Of a DNA stretch of 64,000 bases, positions 12,761 to 27,216 are shown in pieces (within the stretch, counting starts at the first letter, position 1; the number at the start of each line of letters is the position of its first letter). A program made the translations under genes and the position numbers. The DNA is taken from NCBI GenBank assembly GCA_009914755.4, contig CP068257.2:40960001-41024000 (forward strand), in the 5' to 3' direction. A model generated the notes under the pieces. It did not search any database, was not told the origin of the DNA, and saw only the letters and a program-made list of their open reading frames with translations. This DNA comes from the human T2T-CHM13v2.0 reference genome, Homo sapiens.

Positions 12761-15040
12761 ACATCACTAAGACTCTCCTATTCATGTTGACAAAAAAATG
12801 CCGGATCATGGAAACACAAGCTGGTGACAGGGCCAACAAAAGAGCTCAAGGTGGGACTCCAGCTCTCCAGCCTGTCTGTAGGTAGGAAAAACTACTCCTG
12901 GAAGCTCACCTCAGTGAATGCACCTCAGAGTCCAAGAGCTGCCGCGAATACAGGGCCTGGTGGCTGCTATACTGTGCGTCTCAGAGCAGAGCCAGCTCTC
13001 CCATCGCCAGCTTGTAAAATCCAAGAAAACGAAATTGCTTGATAAACTACGAACTGAAAAAAAATGAGCCCTGATTTATTATTATTCAATTCAACAGACA
13101 TAAAAACCACTCTGCTAAATGGCCACAGGACCACTCCAGTCTTGACTCAGCAGAGCACAGCTGGGCCAGGTGAGAAGCAGGTGTGAGGGCACTGTGTCCC
13201 TTGCAGGCTGTGCCCACAAGGCACCCAGGCTGTCCCCCACAGGGCTCCGATGCGCCAGGTCACCTCCCTTCCCAAGGCTCCGCATTGACCCACAGTCTCT
13301 GCACAGGACACCCCAGGTCCCTGGAGGGCAGTAGAAGAGGCTGTAGCACTGGCTGCCAAGGCAGGGGCAGCTGCCAGGCCCACCAGAGACCACGGGCAGT
13401 AGGCAGGTCACTTCCCAGGGTGGGGAGGGGGGCTGAGGTGGGAGCACAACCTAGGCCCCTCCTGGGGAGGTGGTGGAGTCAGAATCACGTAAGAGACAAA
13501 GTTCCAGTCCCTCAGTGCCGGCTCCATTGTCCCCTGGACTTCCCTTACAAACCACAGATGCAAAGAGAGCACTTCTCGGAATCTCCACACAGCCACGGTG
13601 GAGCACTCAACCCACGCGACCCTCGGGCGCAGGTGCTGGGTGACTGCCCTGGCCATGTGCCCTGTGGCCCCGCAGAATGACACCTCATCCAGGATGGAAG
13701 CGGGAACCGAAAGCCTGGCTGAGAGACCCCAGGGGTCTGAGTCGGGAGGAGCGATGGTTCATTTGGAACCCAGTGGTGCCCTTCACTGAGTTTGGGTTAA
13801 CTGTCATCACTTCCCTGTCCCGTGCGTTCCAACGTGCCCCGCCCCTGAGAACAGATCCAAGGGACTCTGAAGAACGCAGTCCTGAGCTGCTTGCTCATTC
13901 TGAAGCCAGCTCTTGTTGCTGGCCCCCTCCAAGGGGGCCTGTGAGCTCCAGACATGGGGATAATGTGGGGTCTGGGCCACCCGTAGTGGTGGCCAAGTGC
14001 AGCATGTTCCCCGCCACACCCCTTGGGAGCTGGAATTTAACTCCAGCTGCTGAACACAGGCAGTGTTTCTGGCACCCAGGGCCTCACCCTCCCAGGAGAG
14101 TCCATCATTGCTGAGCCAGTCGCAGGTCACCATGAAGCATCGCCCTGGGCAGCAAGTGGGATGCAGGGGCACAGCAGGGCACGTCCCAGGCGGCTGAGAA
14201 AGTCCACGGAGGGCAAGGGCAGGGGCGTGCGCCATCGTCGGAGACAGTCGGGGTGGGCAGCACCCTGGACTGCTGGGAAGGACAGTGGGGGGAGGGTGGA
14301 AGGCAGGGGAGCCCTTGCCAGTTGAGAATTTCTTGATCCTTGGAATTGGTCCCCAACATCCTCTGGGACACGCTTAACAATGGTCAGGTCTGGTAACTGA
14401 AAGAAGCAATTGAGGCAAATATCTCAATCAACCGAGGTTTATTCTGCCAGCGTTAGGGCATGTCCAGGAAAACACAAGCCACAGACACATCTGTGGCTGT
14501 TTTTCTAAAGAGGCTTACAAGAGGTTTGGTATTTAGACATTGAGGTGAGGTGAATGGTGACATTCTTGTGAGACTTCAGTTAGCACCCAGTAAATCTGCA
14601 TTTCACATAAGGTAAATATTTGAAGAAGAAAAGGGAGCAAAGGAGGAATCCATTTTGCAGACTTCTCTGGGTAGGTGGAGGAACACTTGATCTCGTCTTG
14701 TCTTTGGCCTGCCCCTGGGAGGACAAGCTTGTAAAGGACATTATCAGCATAGAATGGAACAGACTCTCATTTTAGGAGCTGGACTTACATTGCACACCTA
14801 AATTTATGATTGGCATGTCCTTGTTTATGGGAGGCCAGCAAAGAATGTACTGATGAAAGATCTGTGGGAGCACTTGCAGACGGCTGTGGCCTCCACCTTT
14901 CTGTGGGGACCTGGCTGATGCATCCTATTCATGACAGCTGTCCATACGGATGCAGCGTTGCATGATTCTCACTCCAGGCTTAATCTTCCCTTTGGCATAA
15001 GAAGTTTGGGCATCCTGTGATTTTTACGCCCACAGCCACT

Positions 15041-15350
<310 letters not shown>

Positions 15351-16186
15351 AATTTTTGACCAAAACAGGATCGGTGAGTGGATGTCATGTGTCATTTGGG
15401 CCAACAGTGAACACGGACTTTGAAGGCATCTTGATCCAGAATATTCCATTCCCTTCTTCCTTGACTTGGTAATAACCAAGACGGTTCTGTCTCTCTTTGA
15501 AATTCTAAAATGAGGCAGGCATTGGACATTCTGTTACTGTTAAAATCCACACCCTGCCTGCCTCTAAAAGGAACTTGGAGTGGAGATGCAGAAAAACGGC
15601 AGGTGCGTTTAAGGAGTCCCTGCACCCCACGACGAAGTGACAGCCACACCCAGACATCCTGGAGCCCAAAAGGAGGAGCTAGTGGCTCTGGAGGGGCAGC
15701 CTCTCCCGGTCTCAAGGGCTATTATTATTATTATTATTTTTTTTGGAACTGAGGTGACATTTACATAACATGCAAATAATCATTTCAAAGCATATGGTCG
15801 GTGGCGTCTGGTGCATTCACAGTGCTGTGCAGCCACCAGCTCTCTCAAGGTCAACACGTCTCATCACCCCAGAAGATCACTAGAACCTGGTAAGCGATAG
15901 CTCCCCTTCCCCTCCCACTTAAAATGAGAGTTTTCAAGGAGATTGGGTCCAGGGTGGCTGTGAGCACTAAAATTCTGGAGCAAGGTGAAAAATAGACCCC
16001 ACTTCTCCTTCCATGCTAAGCCACTGATTCATTAAAGAAACACAGGGAAGGAGCCTATACTCAAAATTAGCATCTCCAGTGGAAACATGGCTTGAGAATT
16101 ATGCGTCCTTACGGACCAGAGACCAGGCCTCCAAGAATTCTCCCAGGAAACAAATGTCCAGCAGGACCATGGCTGGGCTGTCACGT

Positions 16187-16490
16187 CCAGAAGCCACCAG
16201 GCCACAGCAGGGGCCCCGGCAGGCAGGCCACCGTCGGAAGCCGGCAGGCCACCGTCGGAAGCCACCAGACCACAGCAGGGGCCCCGGCAGGCAGGCCACG
16301 GTCCAGAAGCCACCAGGCCACAGCAGGGGCCCCGGCAGGCAGGCCACGGTCCAGAAGCCACCAGGCCACAGCAGGGGCCCTGGCAGGCAGGCCACGGTCC
16401 AGAAGCCACCAGGCCACAGGAGGGGCCCCGGCAGGCAGGCCACGGTCGGAAGCCACCAGGCCACAGCAGGGGCCCCCGGCAGGCAAGCCA
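16187..16490. repeat. Minisatellite, 48-bp unit (gaagccaccaggccacagcaggggccccggcaggcaggccacggtcca) x~6
   Basis: Direct tandem copies with point variants. The unit is a multiple of 3, which explains the overlapping 115-244 aa ORFs on both strands. Confidence 0.9.
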
Positions 16491-17127
16491 TGGTTGGGGC
16501 TGCTTTGGCCTCTCTTTCCCTTTTGCACCAGCTTTCAATAAGGCTTTCTTCTTCCACGTCCCCACGACCCCTTGATCGTCCACCTGCTATTGGCAGCGAA
16601 GCCTTGAGGCTCTCATGGTGTGTCCCCACATGTCCGCAGACGGGAAGGAGTCACCCCAGCCTCCTGGGGCAGCAGGATGCAGCATATCTGACTCTCATCA
16701 CACTTTCTGTATCTCAGCAAGTTACCAACATTTCTTTGTATTTACTTCTGGTAAGAACAAAAACCTTAGCTGGGGCCTTGGCTGCCCTTGGAGCTGCTGG
16801 GAAAGTTACATGAGTAGAAGGGTTGGGTTAAAGGATGGAAACACCTCTGTCTACACCAGCTCACGATAAGCCTGAAGAGGAGTTTGGAGTCCCTCAGACG
16901 CTTTCGGCACCACTTAGTCAGCGGGGGGAATAATAGCTTTCCGGGAAATAGGCCCGAGACGCGGGAAGGGAAGGGAAGGGAACCCCGTGGGAAAGACCTT
17001 ACTCATTCTGCCCCTTGCAGTCAGCACCTGAGGAGAAGCAGCGGGGAAAAGAAGTGCCAAGCTCGCCGCGTTGACCAGTGTCAGGGCCGAGTAGCCACAG
17101 GACGGAACTGAGAAGCGAGTACCAACA

Positions 17128-18090
17128 TCAAGCCTGCCGCGCCATTTATATCCACGCATGCGTTTCCCCTTACCTGCACCGAGCCTCCCGCCCCGTTTAT
17201 ATCCACGCAGGCGTTTCCCCTTACCTGCACCGAGCCTCCATTCCCGTTTACATCCACGCAGGCGTTTCCCCTTACCTGCACCGAGCCTCCCGCCCCGTTT
17301 ACATCCACGCAGGCGTTTCCCCTTACCTGCACCGAGCCTCCATTCCCGTTTATATCCACGCAGGCGTTTCCCCTTACCTGCACCGAGCCTGCCGCCCCGT
17401 TTACATCCACGCAGGCGTTTCCCCTTACCTGCACTGAGCCTCCCGCCCCGTTTATATCCACGCAGGCGTTTCCCCTTACCTGCACCGAGCCTCCCGCCCC
17501 GTTTACATCCACGCAGGCGTTTCCCCTTACCTGCACCGAGCCTCCCGCCCCGTTTATATCCACGCAGGCGTTTCCCCTTACCTGCACCGAGCCTCCATTC
17601 CCGTTTACATCCACGCAGGCGTTTCCCCTTACCTGCACCGAGCCTCCCGCCCCGTTTACATCCACGCAGGCGTTTCCCCTTACCTGCACCGAGCCTCCCG
17701 CCCCGTTTATATCCACGCAGGCGTTTCCCCTTACCTGCACCGAGCCTCCATTCCCGTTTACATCCACGCAGGCGTTTCCCCTTACCTGCACCGAGCCTCC
17801 ATTCCCGTTTATATCCACGCAGGCGTTTCCCCTTACCTGCACCGAGCCTCCCGCCCCGTTTATATCCACGCAGGCGTTTCCCCTTACCTGCACCGGGCCT
17901 CCATTCCCGTTTATATCCACGCAGGCGTTTCCCCTTACCTGCACCGAGCCTCCATTCCCGTTTATATCCACGCAGGCGTTTCCCCTTACCTGCACCGGGC
18001 CTGCCGCCCCGTTTACATCCACGCATGCGTTTCCCCTTACCTGCACTGGGCCTGCCACCCTGTTTATATCTATGCCTGCGTTTTCCTCTT
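17128..18090. repeat. CpG-dense VNTR, 51-bp unit (acctgcaccgagcctcccgccccgtttatatccacgcaggcgtttcccctt) x~19
   Basis: About 19 tandem copies with three recurring variant positions (cccgcc/cattcc, tatatcc/tacatcc, gcaggc/gcatgc). There are about 5 CpG per unit. 51 = 3x17 nt, so all six frames stay open across the array. Confidence 0.95.
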
Positions 18091-19212
18091 GCCTTTTCAA
18101 TCCAGAGGCCTCACTAGCTTTGGCCTAGTCATCCTTTCTCCTTGTCTTCTCTTCAGGTATTTTATTGATGACTTCCTGATAGCACCAAATGGCTCCCCGA
18201 GGGCTCTGAGGCATTCACACGTGTGTGAGAGTGTGCAGGGATTCCCTGGAATTCAGAGGGACTGCCTTAGACTAATTTGACTGCTTTTGGGCAAAATAAG
18301 CTTATGGCCTGAAACTTGCCGATTATCCTGGCCCAGCCGTGCCTTGCCAAAGGTGTCTCTGGCCTGGCTAGCGGGTTGGGGCAGCAGCAGCAATCACCAG
18401 TGTGACCTGAGGGCGCCGTGTCACAAGCGCAGGGTACTTTGGTGGACACCTGAGAGGCAGGAATCCTGCTCAGGAGGATGAGGCTGCAGGACGCCCCCAC
18501 AGCCTGTTGTGGTCAGACCCCGAGGATCCAGTGCCAGCTTGTGGTCCCCCTACTCGCTTACTGAGAACCCAGAGCCTGCCCCCAGGGCCCCGAGAGCCTT
18601 TACGCACAGTTTAATAACTAGCTGTGACTGCACACCCATGCAAGCGCTCTCCCGGGCAGGAAATCAAATGTCACCAGCACTCCGGAAACAGCCCTTATGA
18701 GGAAACGGCATTCTGGCCCCGGGGGTTTTAACTGACTTTACCTGGTGGGCCATGTGGATCCCCTCAGCCGCGCCTCTCCTCTTTACAGCCTTTGCCCACT
18801 GTCCTACTGGGCCGTTTGTCTCTTTCTAACTAATTTGTGTCAGTACCTTCTGAGCTCCGTTCACGTCTGTGAGGGTTAGTTTTCTGCGCCCTCTTGACCA
18901 GGCCTTAGGACCCAGTTATTCAAGTGAACACTACTTAGGATGTTGTCGTGAAAGCATTTTATAAATGTGCTTAACATCGCCAATCCATCAACTTTAACTA
19001 AAGGAGATTTATCCTCCATAACTTGGGTGGGCCTGGTTCAGTCAGTTGAAGGGTTTGAGAGCAAAACTGAGGCTTCCCCGAGGAAGGAGAAATTCCACCC
19101 GTGGACTCAGCCTCAGCTCTGGCCTGAGAGTTTCCAGCCTGACACCTGCCCTGGATTTCAGACTTGCCTAGCCAGCCCCCACAGTTACATAAGCCAGTTC
19201 CTTGAAGTGAAT

Positions 19213-19455
19213 CTGTGTGTGCACATGTGCATGTGTGTGTGTGTGCATGTGTGTGTCCATATGTGTGTGTCCGTGCATGAGTGTGCATGTGTGTATGCAT
19301 GCATGTGTCCGTGTGTGTGCATCCATGTGTGCATGCACATGTGCATGTGTGTGCATGCATGTGTGTGCACGTGTGCGTGCATGTGTGCACGTGTGCGTGT
19401 GTGTGCATGCATGTGTGTGCATGTGTGTGTGCGTGTGTGTGCGCGTGTGCGTGTG
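19213..19455. repeat. Imperfect (TG)n/(CATGTGTG)n simple repeat
   Basis: Direct reading of gtgtgcacatgtgcatgtgtgtgtgtgcatgtgtgtg.... Confidence 0.9.
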
Positions 19456-21767
19456 ATCTCCAACTGGTTCTGTTCCTCTGGCTGAACCTGGAGGATGCAT
19501 CGTCTTTCTGCATTGTCTACCTGTTTTACAGGGACCTGCCTTATCTTTAAAATCAGAAGTAATTAAGTTCATTTTAAAAGTCAAGGCGAGTACCAAAAAG
19601 AATGTAAACACTCTATTCCAAGGCTGTTTCTTCCTGGGACAGTTGTATTTTTAACACATTTTCCCAAGAGTTGCTGCAGCCACTCTGTGTGAGCCCCGCA
19701 TCCTACCACAGCCTTAGGGACAGCAAGGTCACCAGCTCTAGAAGCTCTGCCTTCAGAACGGCCCACTCTGCAGCCAGCCCCATGAAGACACCTCTTGGGT
19801 GCCTGGTGTTGTAAAATTTACCCAAATCCAGAGCCATGATTCCAAACCTGATGGTAGAAGAGCAGCATTCATTTGCTTGTTCATTCATTCAGCACACTCG
19901 TATTGCCAAGCCCTGAGAATAAGCGCAGGGATACGGTAATAAACCGGGAGAGCCAAATCGGCCCCATGGAGTCGAGTCTAGGGGAAGCAATAGACGACTA
20001 ACAAAGGAACAGTAAACAGTCTGGGGCAGGAGCGGGGGGTGTATGATTGTGTATTGACGGTCGTCTTCGAGGATGGGATAAGGGTGTGATGGAATGAACC
20101 CTGCAGATCTAAGGAAAGGCCATTCCAGACCCTAGAGGAGGTCCAGGAAGGAAGTTCAGGAGCACAGGCCACAGAGGGTCACTGATTTCACCAATTTCAC
20201 CAGGATCAGGGTTTTCCATACCACTAAGGCTGGAGGGACAAGGGACAGGAGCGTGAAAGGAGAGGCGAGGCTGGTGCCCCAGGAAACCCAAGCCTGGTCT
20301 CAGGCTGGTGAAGAGGTGGATGATGGAGCGAGTGGGGAATGAGTGGTCCCAGTGGCCGGAAAGCTTGCTGGGGGCTGATCTGGACAGATGGGAGGTGGGT
20401 GAGGTCCTGGGAGCGGAGGTTCTGGAGACCGGCGGGCATGGCCAATGATGAGCCCTAGGACGTGACTCTCACAATGGGGACTGAAGGGGTTGGAGGGAGG
20501 TGCCGTTGGAAAATTGCAGTAAGTGAGAAGAGTCAGAAATGGGAGGACCAGAGGGAAAGCCACTTCTCAGAGAAGAGTAACAGGTTCAACTTTGGTCCAA
20601 TAATCACAATTTAGAGCTGACAGCAGCTTCAGAGGCCATGTGACAGATAAGGAAACTAAGGCCCCAAAAGCAGCCGTGGAGACCAGACCCAGGGGTTCCG
20701 GCCACGGCTCTGTGCCTTTTGTAAAGGCAGCCTATGTCTGCACTCACCTGTGCTCTGGCCCAGGCCGGCCCTGCACTTCGATTGCCGGGAGCCCTGCACG
20801 CGGAACTGTGTCTGCAGAAGCTCCTTTTGGCACCTGGGAGGGCACCTCTCATCAGTACTCCAGGACCTCGGCCATCGCCACGGACCGCAGGGTGAACGCT
20901 GGGTGGGCTGTACCATGGCCTCGGCCACCGCCTGCAGATCCAGGCTCCCTGCAGCCTGCTGGGCTGGTGGCCTCAGGGGACCGGTGAGCTGCGTCTGCCT
21001 GGGCTCCCGAAAGGCCGCTCCCAGGTTTTGATTTTGCTTTGTTACCTAGAACCCAGGCCCTCTGTTGCCACAAGAGGGCCCCCCAGCCCCGGCTCACTGA
21101 GGCCCTCCCCGTGGAGGAGCGTATCCTGTCCGGTCCGCAGCTCAAATATCCAGAGATCGGGAGACCCCGGCCCTGGCCCCACCCCCGCCCCAGCTGGGCC
21201 ACACTGCCCCCTCCACCACACCCCGGCAAGCCCCTCCTGGGGCTGCACTCAGTCCTGGGTGTCAGAGGGTCCTCTGGCTTCGCTTGTCACATTTAATGAC
21301 AAATCAGAAATCAAATGTATCCAGAGCCAGCCTGGGCTTTAGGATAGAAGGGGAGGGCAGGAGTGGGGGCTCCGGGGACAGGGGCTGGCCGAGGAGGGAG
21401 GATGGGGGCAAGAGGATATTCGTGGGGCACCCACTCCCCACCCATCCGCCACCCCCTCCTCCCAGTGCTCCTTCTGAGGCCTCGCTGTCCCCGCCTTTTA
21501 GTAAAAAGTGGAGAAACAGCCTCACAGGGTGACCTGCTTCAGCTCCCAAAGCCATGCTGTGGCTGACCAGGGTCAGGACCCAGGTACCAGGTCCACGGCT
21601 CAGGGGTGGGAGCCAAGCCTCACTCGACTCCACGCTCAGGGCCGGGACCCAGGCCACAAGCCCGACCTTTGTCCTTTCCTCGAGCTTGCTGGGAAGCCTA
21701 GACTCACCCAAATCCAACCCAAAAAAGGCTGCAACAAACCAGCCTTGCTTGTGATTTCGTTTTATGA

Positions 21768-22250
<483 letters not shown>

Positions 22251-24835
22251 TTATTATGTATTTTTAAGCAAATTATTGGATCATACCATTGCACCCAAAC
22301 AATGCTGCCGTGTTACACAGCCATTTGTCCAGCCTCCTGTTCTATGGATGAAGATCACCAGGGTTCTCCACTTTCCAGACGAACGAAGCCACTGACGACC
22401 CGACAGGCCACGTGACTTGGCACAGCGCAGCCCTCAGGATCAGGGTCCTATCAGAGCCCTCTGGGGATGCTGGTTGTGCCTGGTGGCATTGCAGGAGGGA
22501 ACGAGCCCTGCCTGGACTGTCCCCAGGTGATCACACACATGCCACCGGGATGAGGCAGGAGGGTGGACCCTTGTGAGAGGAACAAGCCACGGGTGCTCTG
22601 TCCCCTGGCATCCCCTCAGCAGCAGGACTCTAAATCCCCTCGCCTCCTACTGAAGGAGGAGAGAAATGAGTAAGAAATTGAAGTTACCACTAACGTTATT
22701 TTTAGAAACTGCAGTACGAAATGAAAAAAAAATGTCTCCAGACTGCCGAGTGGGGGAAACGAGAAATACATGCCTCCAAATTATATGAAAGGCAAGAAAA
22801 CCACCCAAGTGCCAGTGACTCACAGGAGCTGGGGTGGGTTCAATCAGGATAGGGAACTCCTGGAGGGCCTTCAACTGGGCGGCAAGTTGATGGCACTGCT
22901 GTCACCCTGCAGGAAAGACCCGGCTCTCTTCCAAAGCCTCCCCAGCCATTTGCAAGCTCAGCGTGGGAAGCAGGCTGGGCTGAGCACGTCCAGGGCTCCC
23001 AAACTACGCTGGAGCCAAAATCCAGGACTCCCGCCTGAATTGGGATCCTTGGAGCGGGGTGCTGGAGGGAATGCTGCGGCCTCTCAGGTCTGTGACCGCG
23101 TCCACGCCAAGGCTTGCTGCATGCAACCCGTAAGCTGAGAGTTGCCACCATCCAGACACCACCCTGTGCAGCGGAGTGGGGCAGGGCAGGACTGAGAGAC
23201 GGTGTCTGCCCTCCAGACCACCTTGCAGGCCCATGCTGTGGGGCTCAGTCTCCCTCACCCTGGGGCATGGATCAAGCAGGCCTGTCCCCTCTAAGAATGC
23301 CCCATCTCTGTAGTCCTCTGTAAAAGTCACTAATGCTTTCTGCCAAGTATTTCCAATTCTTGCCCCTTCTAGGCTCCTGCAGCAATTCCGCTCCCAGCCT
23401 CCTACCATGTTGGCCAACATTTTGACACGTGAACCTTCTGGGCTGGGCATGGGTCATGTGGCAGAGCCATTTCCCCTGGCCATGGGGACTGGCAACATCC
23501 GACACGTCGGCTGCTCAGTGAGCCTGGTCCAGGCGTGGCAGTGTGAGGCAGAGTCCCCCAGCCCAGTAGCCCCCCAGTAACTGGGTAACCAATGTGACAG
23601 GACGGCCACGGGGAGGCCGGGGTGGTGCTCAGTGGGCAGAGGTGGCTCATTTACAGCACTGTGCCTGTGACGCTGTGGGAAGCCGACCTCACACCTAACA
23701 AAATCGCAGCTCCAGAGGAGGGGCCTGGAAACGATGTTAGTAGTAATGGGTGTTGCTTGCCTTTGGATTGCTTTAGAAAGATATTATAAGGAAATGATGC
23801 ACTCAGAAAGTAATTATGTGGTTTGTAAGCCAGGATGAAAGGGAACGGAGAGTTCAATTCAGGAACGTGCAGGACTAAACAGAAGCTCCTCAAATACCAA
23901 CAGCAAAATGGTAAAATGGAAAGATGCCTGAAGCAACAGCTGCCACAAAAGCTCAACGTCTTCAAGAGGGAAATCAAGCCATGGCCTCATGTCCACTTCC
24001 ACCACATCTCTTAAGAAAAAACTCAAATCTTTTTTTCTCTGCTCTCACACAACTACAACAATCAGCACAGAAGACTTCTGTGACCCCAAAATATGTGGAG
24101 ATTTCTCCCCACCAGCAAGCAAGCAGTCAGCACTACAGCAGACACCGTCTGGGTGTCCTGTAATTCCATCCTGACACTCTACCTGGAGAGAGCTTGTATT
24201 CCATAGGATGGGGGCTCCGTCCCCAAGACTGCCCCCTCCCACCTCAGACACCAGTTGCAAGCCTGTGCCTCTGGAACTTCTGACCAACTGGCTATAAATC
24301 AGGGTTCCCACAACCCCATCTCTGGGTTCAATTAATTTGCTGGAGCAGCTCATACAACTCAGGAAAACACTTATGTTTACCAGTTTGTTATAAAAGACAT
24401 TGCAAAAGATACAGATGAAGAAACACATAGGGCAAAGTATGGGGGAAAGGGTGCAGAGCTTCCATGCCCTCCCCAGGGGCCACCCTCCAGGAGCCTCTGT
24501 GTGGTCAGTGTTCAGCCATCCTGAAGAGCCCTTTCCTCTTGGGCCTTTCATGGAGATGCATGGGGTGGGCATGATTGACAACCATGTAGAAATATGATTG
24601 GCCCAAAAGGATATGGTCTAAACCCGGCGAGGCTGTCTGGCCACATTCTTCTTGGCTTTTCTGGGCAGCATTCCCTCCTCCAGGGTGTGGGGTAGGACCC
24701 CCTCTGGAATGAGGGGCTTATGACCCACAAGCAGATTAGGGTTCCACCTGCCCAAGGCAGGTGAAAAGAGGGCAGAAGAAGATCAGGGAGAGAGATTCTG
24801 TTTGTTAGGGCTGTGGGAGTTATAAGCCAGGAACT

Positions 24836-24962
24836 GTGGACAAAACCCCATATATATATATATGTATATACATACATATATGCATATATTAAGCCATATG
24901 TGTATGTATGTATATATACATATACATATATGTATATACATCTATATGGGGTTTTGTCCACA
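24836..24962. repeat. AT-rich imperfect palindrome (inverted repeat with (TA)n/(TACA)n core)
   Basis: The arms are ggacaaaaccccatatatatatatatgtatatacataca... and ...tgtatatacatctatatggggttttgtcc, which are near reverse complements of each other around a central AT-rich core. Confidence 0.8.
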
Positions 24963-26848
24963 TTTTTTATACATTTTTTTTATATATAAGATAATATTAC
25001 AATGTCTGAATGGACCGAAGTGAATCATGTCAGGTGGACACAATGGCTCGGGAAAAACAGACAAAGGGTATGGCATTCCTATGTAAGCTCTGTCGCCTCG
25101 AGAGGCCTGCAATCGTCTCTCTCCATAATTTCAGTAAGAAGCCGAACAAACGCATTTTTAAGAGGATGGTAACACCAAAGGACCTATAAACCTAGAAGAA
25201 AATCATCAATTATCATTATCTGTAGCAGTTTATGTTCTAAAAAGTCACTGTAAACACGGATTTAGAGATGAATGAACCATGCTCCTAGGAGAAAGACAGG
25301 GTTAAGGTTCCTGAGAGCTCTGGTCACTAAATTTTCATCAATCCACACACGATCTTGTTTTATGTGTGTTTCTGTTTAAAGACACCTGTGTAATATTGTT
25401 GACTCATTAACATTGAAGCTTTCTCTAAGATGCCTTTTTTCTCTGTCTGGCACATGGCACCCGGCTTCCCAGTGCTTAGGACCACATCAGCACTATGCTT
25501 GGGCCAACTTAGACAGCAAAACCACCCAAAAAAAAAAAAAAGTCACTAAGGAGACCATGGAAAGACCCGTGTTTACAGGATGAGCTAGAACGAGAAGGCA
25601 GAACGTCACTGTGTGCGACCTCAGCTGGGAACATGCACATCCTATGTCTTAAACTTTCCCCCTCCCTGTATGTGTCCAGTGACCCGGAGTGCCCCAAGTA
25701 TTGATGTGGGGGTTACAAATACATTTTCCCCAGCGGGTGAATTCACAGACTGCATTTGTGATCGTTTGAGAACTTGAGAATAACCCAGGGCTCCCATTCT
25801 TTGAGGAGTGGCAGAGAGGCTGAGAAAGTGGGGACTCTCCAGTGCCTGGGACGCAGGTGGCCCAGGGGACAGACCAAAGGAAGGGCCAGTCACTGCCACC
25901 AAGAACATGGACTGGGGCCTGCCTAGGGAGGAGAGCTAGGGCCACATCAGGGAGTGTCCCCTACCGAACTGGGATCTCCGGCTGGCCGCACTCCACGATT
26001 GCCATGTGCTTGCCACTCTGCCCCTCTCTGAATGGGGGCTGGTTGCTATTGTCTCTGCTCCCACATTTCATAGTAAACAGGTAGGAAAAGTGAATGACTT
26101 GTCTTTCCACTTCATAGGTCTCCAGTCCAGAAAGGGCCTGTCCAGACCCGCTGAGGACCACTGGACACCACCCACAATGGAGAGACCACCTAGATCGCCA
26201 GGGCAGCCGTAGCACTTCCGGCAGGACTGGTGGGAACTTCAGGTAGGACTGGCGGGAACTTCAGGTGGGAGAGAGAGAATGTTCTTCATACGTGAGGGGA
26301 AGAAGCTTGACCTTGGGATGGCCATGTGATGTCAGCACTGGTCAGTTACTTCTGGTTTCTCTACTCTGGGAGGGTGGCAGTGTGGTAGGCGGGTCCCCAG
26401 GAAACAGACTCAGATTCGGACCCTAGCAGGCAGGAGGCTCATCGTGAAGTTCCCTTGGGGTCAAGGGTCATGGAAAGGAGGCAGCAGAGGATGGCACAGG
26501 GAGAGAGACGGCAGCCTTGAGCCCCCATGGAGAGAGAGAACCATCCCATCACGCTTGGCCCAAACAGCCATGCCTGACCTTCCCTAGGGGTCGTTCAGGC
26601 CTCCTCTGCGGCAGGTGCTCTCTGGGAGCACCTGCCTGTTACACACAGATCTTTGCACCTCCTGCCCACTCCCCCACGTCCAACCCATGCCTCATCCCTG
26701 ACTGCCCATCCCCACTCTCCACATCGCTCCCATTCTGGGTTCAGCCGGCAAAGTCGTTGGCCATTGCCCATGGGTTCAGAGATCTTCTAACCTCACAGCC
26801 ACTTACACAGAGGGGATGACCACTGGGAGAATGTTCCCTCATCACCCT

Positions 26849-27216
26849 CTGTGTTAGTCCATTCTCACATTGCTATAAAGATACTACCCAAGACTGGGTA
26901 ATTTATAAAGAAAAGAGGTTTCATTGACTCACAGTTCTGCATGGCTGGGGACGCCTCAGGAAACTTACAATCATGGCAGAAGGGGAAGCAGGCACGTCTT
27001 ACGTGGTGGTGGGCGAGAAAGACAAGTGCAAGCAGGGGAATTGCCAGACACTTATAAAACCATCAGATCTCATGAGAACTCCTTCACCATCACGAGAACA
27101 GCATGGGGAAAACAGCCCCCATGATCCAATCACTTCCCATCAGGTCTCACCCTCATCACCTGGGGATTACAGTTCAAGATGAGATTTGGGTGGGGACACA
27201 GAGCCAAACCATATCA
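26849..27216 (-). mobile_element. MaLR (THE1/MST-type) solo LTR
   Basis: It matches the reverse complement of the THE1/MST LTR consensus as I remember it (ctgtgttagtccattctcacattgctataaag...gactgggtaatttataaag...gagatttgggtggggacacagagccaaaccatatca). Confidence 0.8.

Noticed and set aside
13183-14235. Overlapping 142-165 aa ORFs in several frames in a GC-rich stretch.
   Set aside because: There are multiple overlapping frames, no recognisable motifs and no splice-site framing. This is typical GC-rich intergenic noise.
16079-16813. A 244-aa + ORF and 149-183 aa ORFs on both strands with repeating PGRQATVQKPPGHSRG motifs.
   Set aside because: Generated by the 48-bp (16-codon) minisatellite at 16187-16490. 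It is a periodic artefact.
16914-18117. Three very long ORFs (370 aa and 339 aa on -, 319 aa on +) that look like novel repetitive proteins.
   Set aside because: They coincide exactly with the 51-bp VNTR. The 17-residue periodicity and simultaneous openness of multiple frames on both strands are repeat artefacts. There are no start or splice signals, and this is human DNA, where unspliced 1 kb ORFs in GC-rich repeats are not genes.
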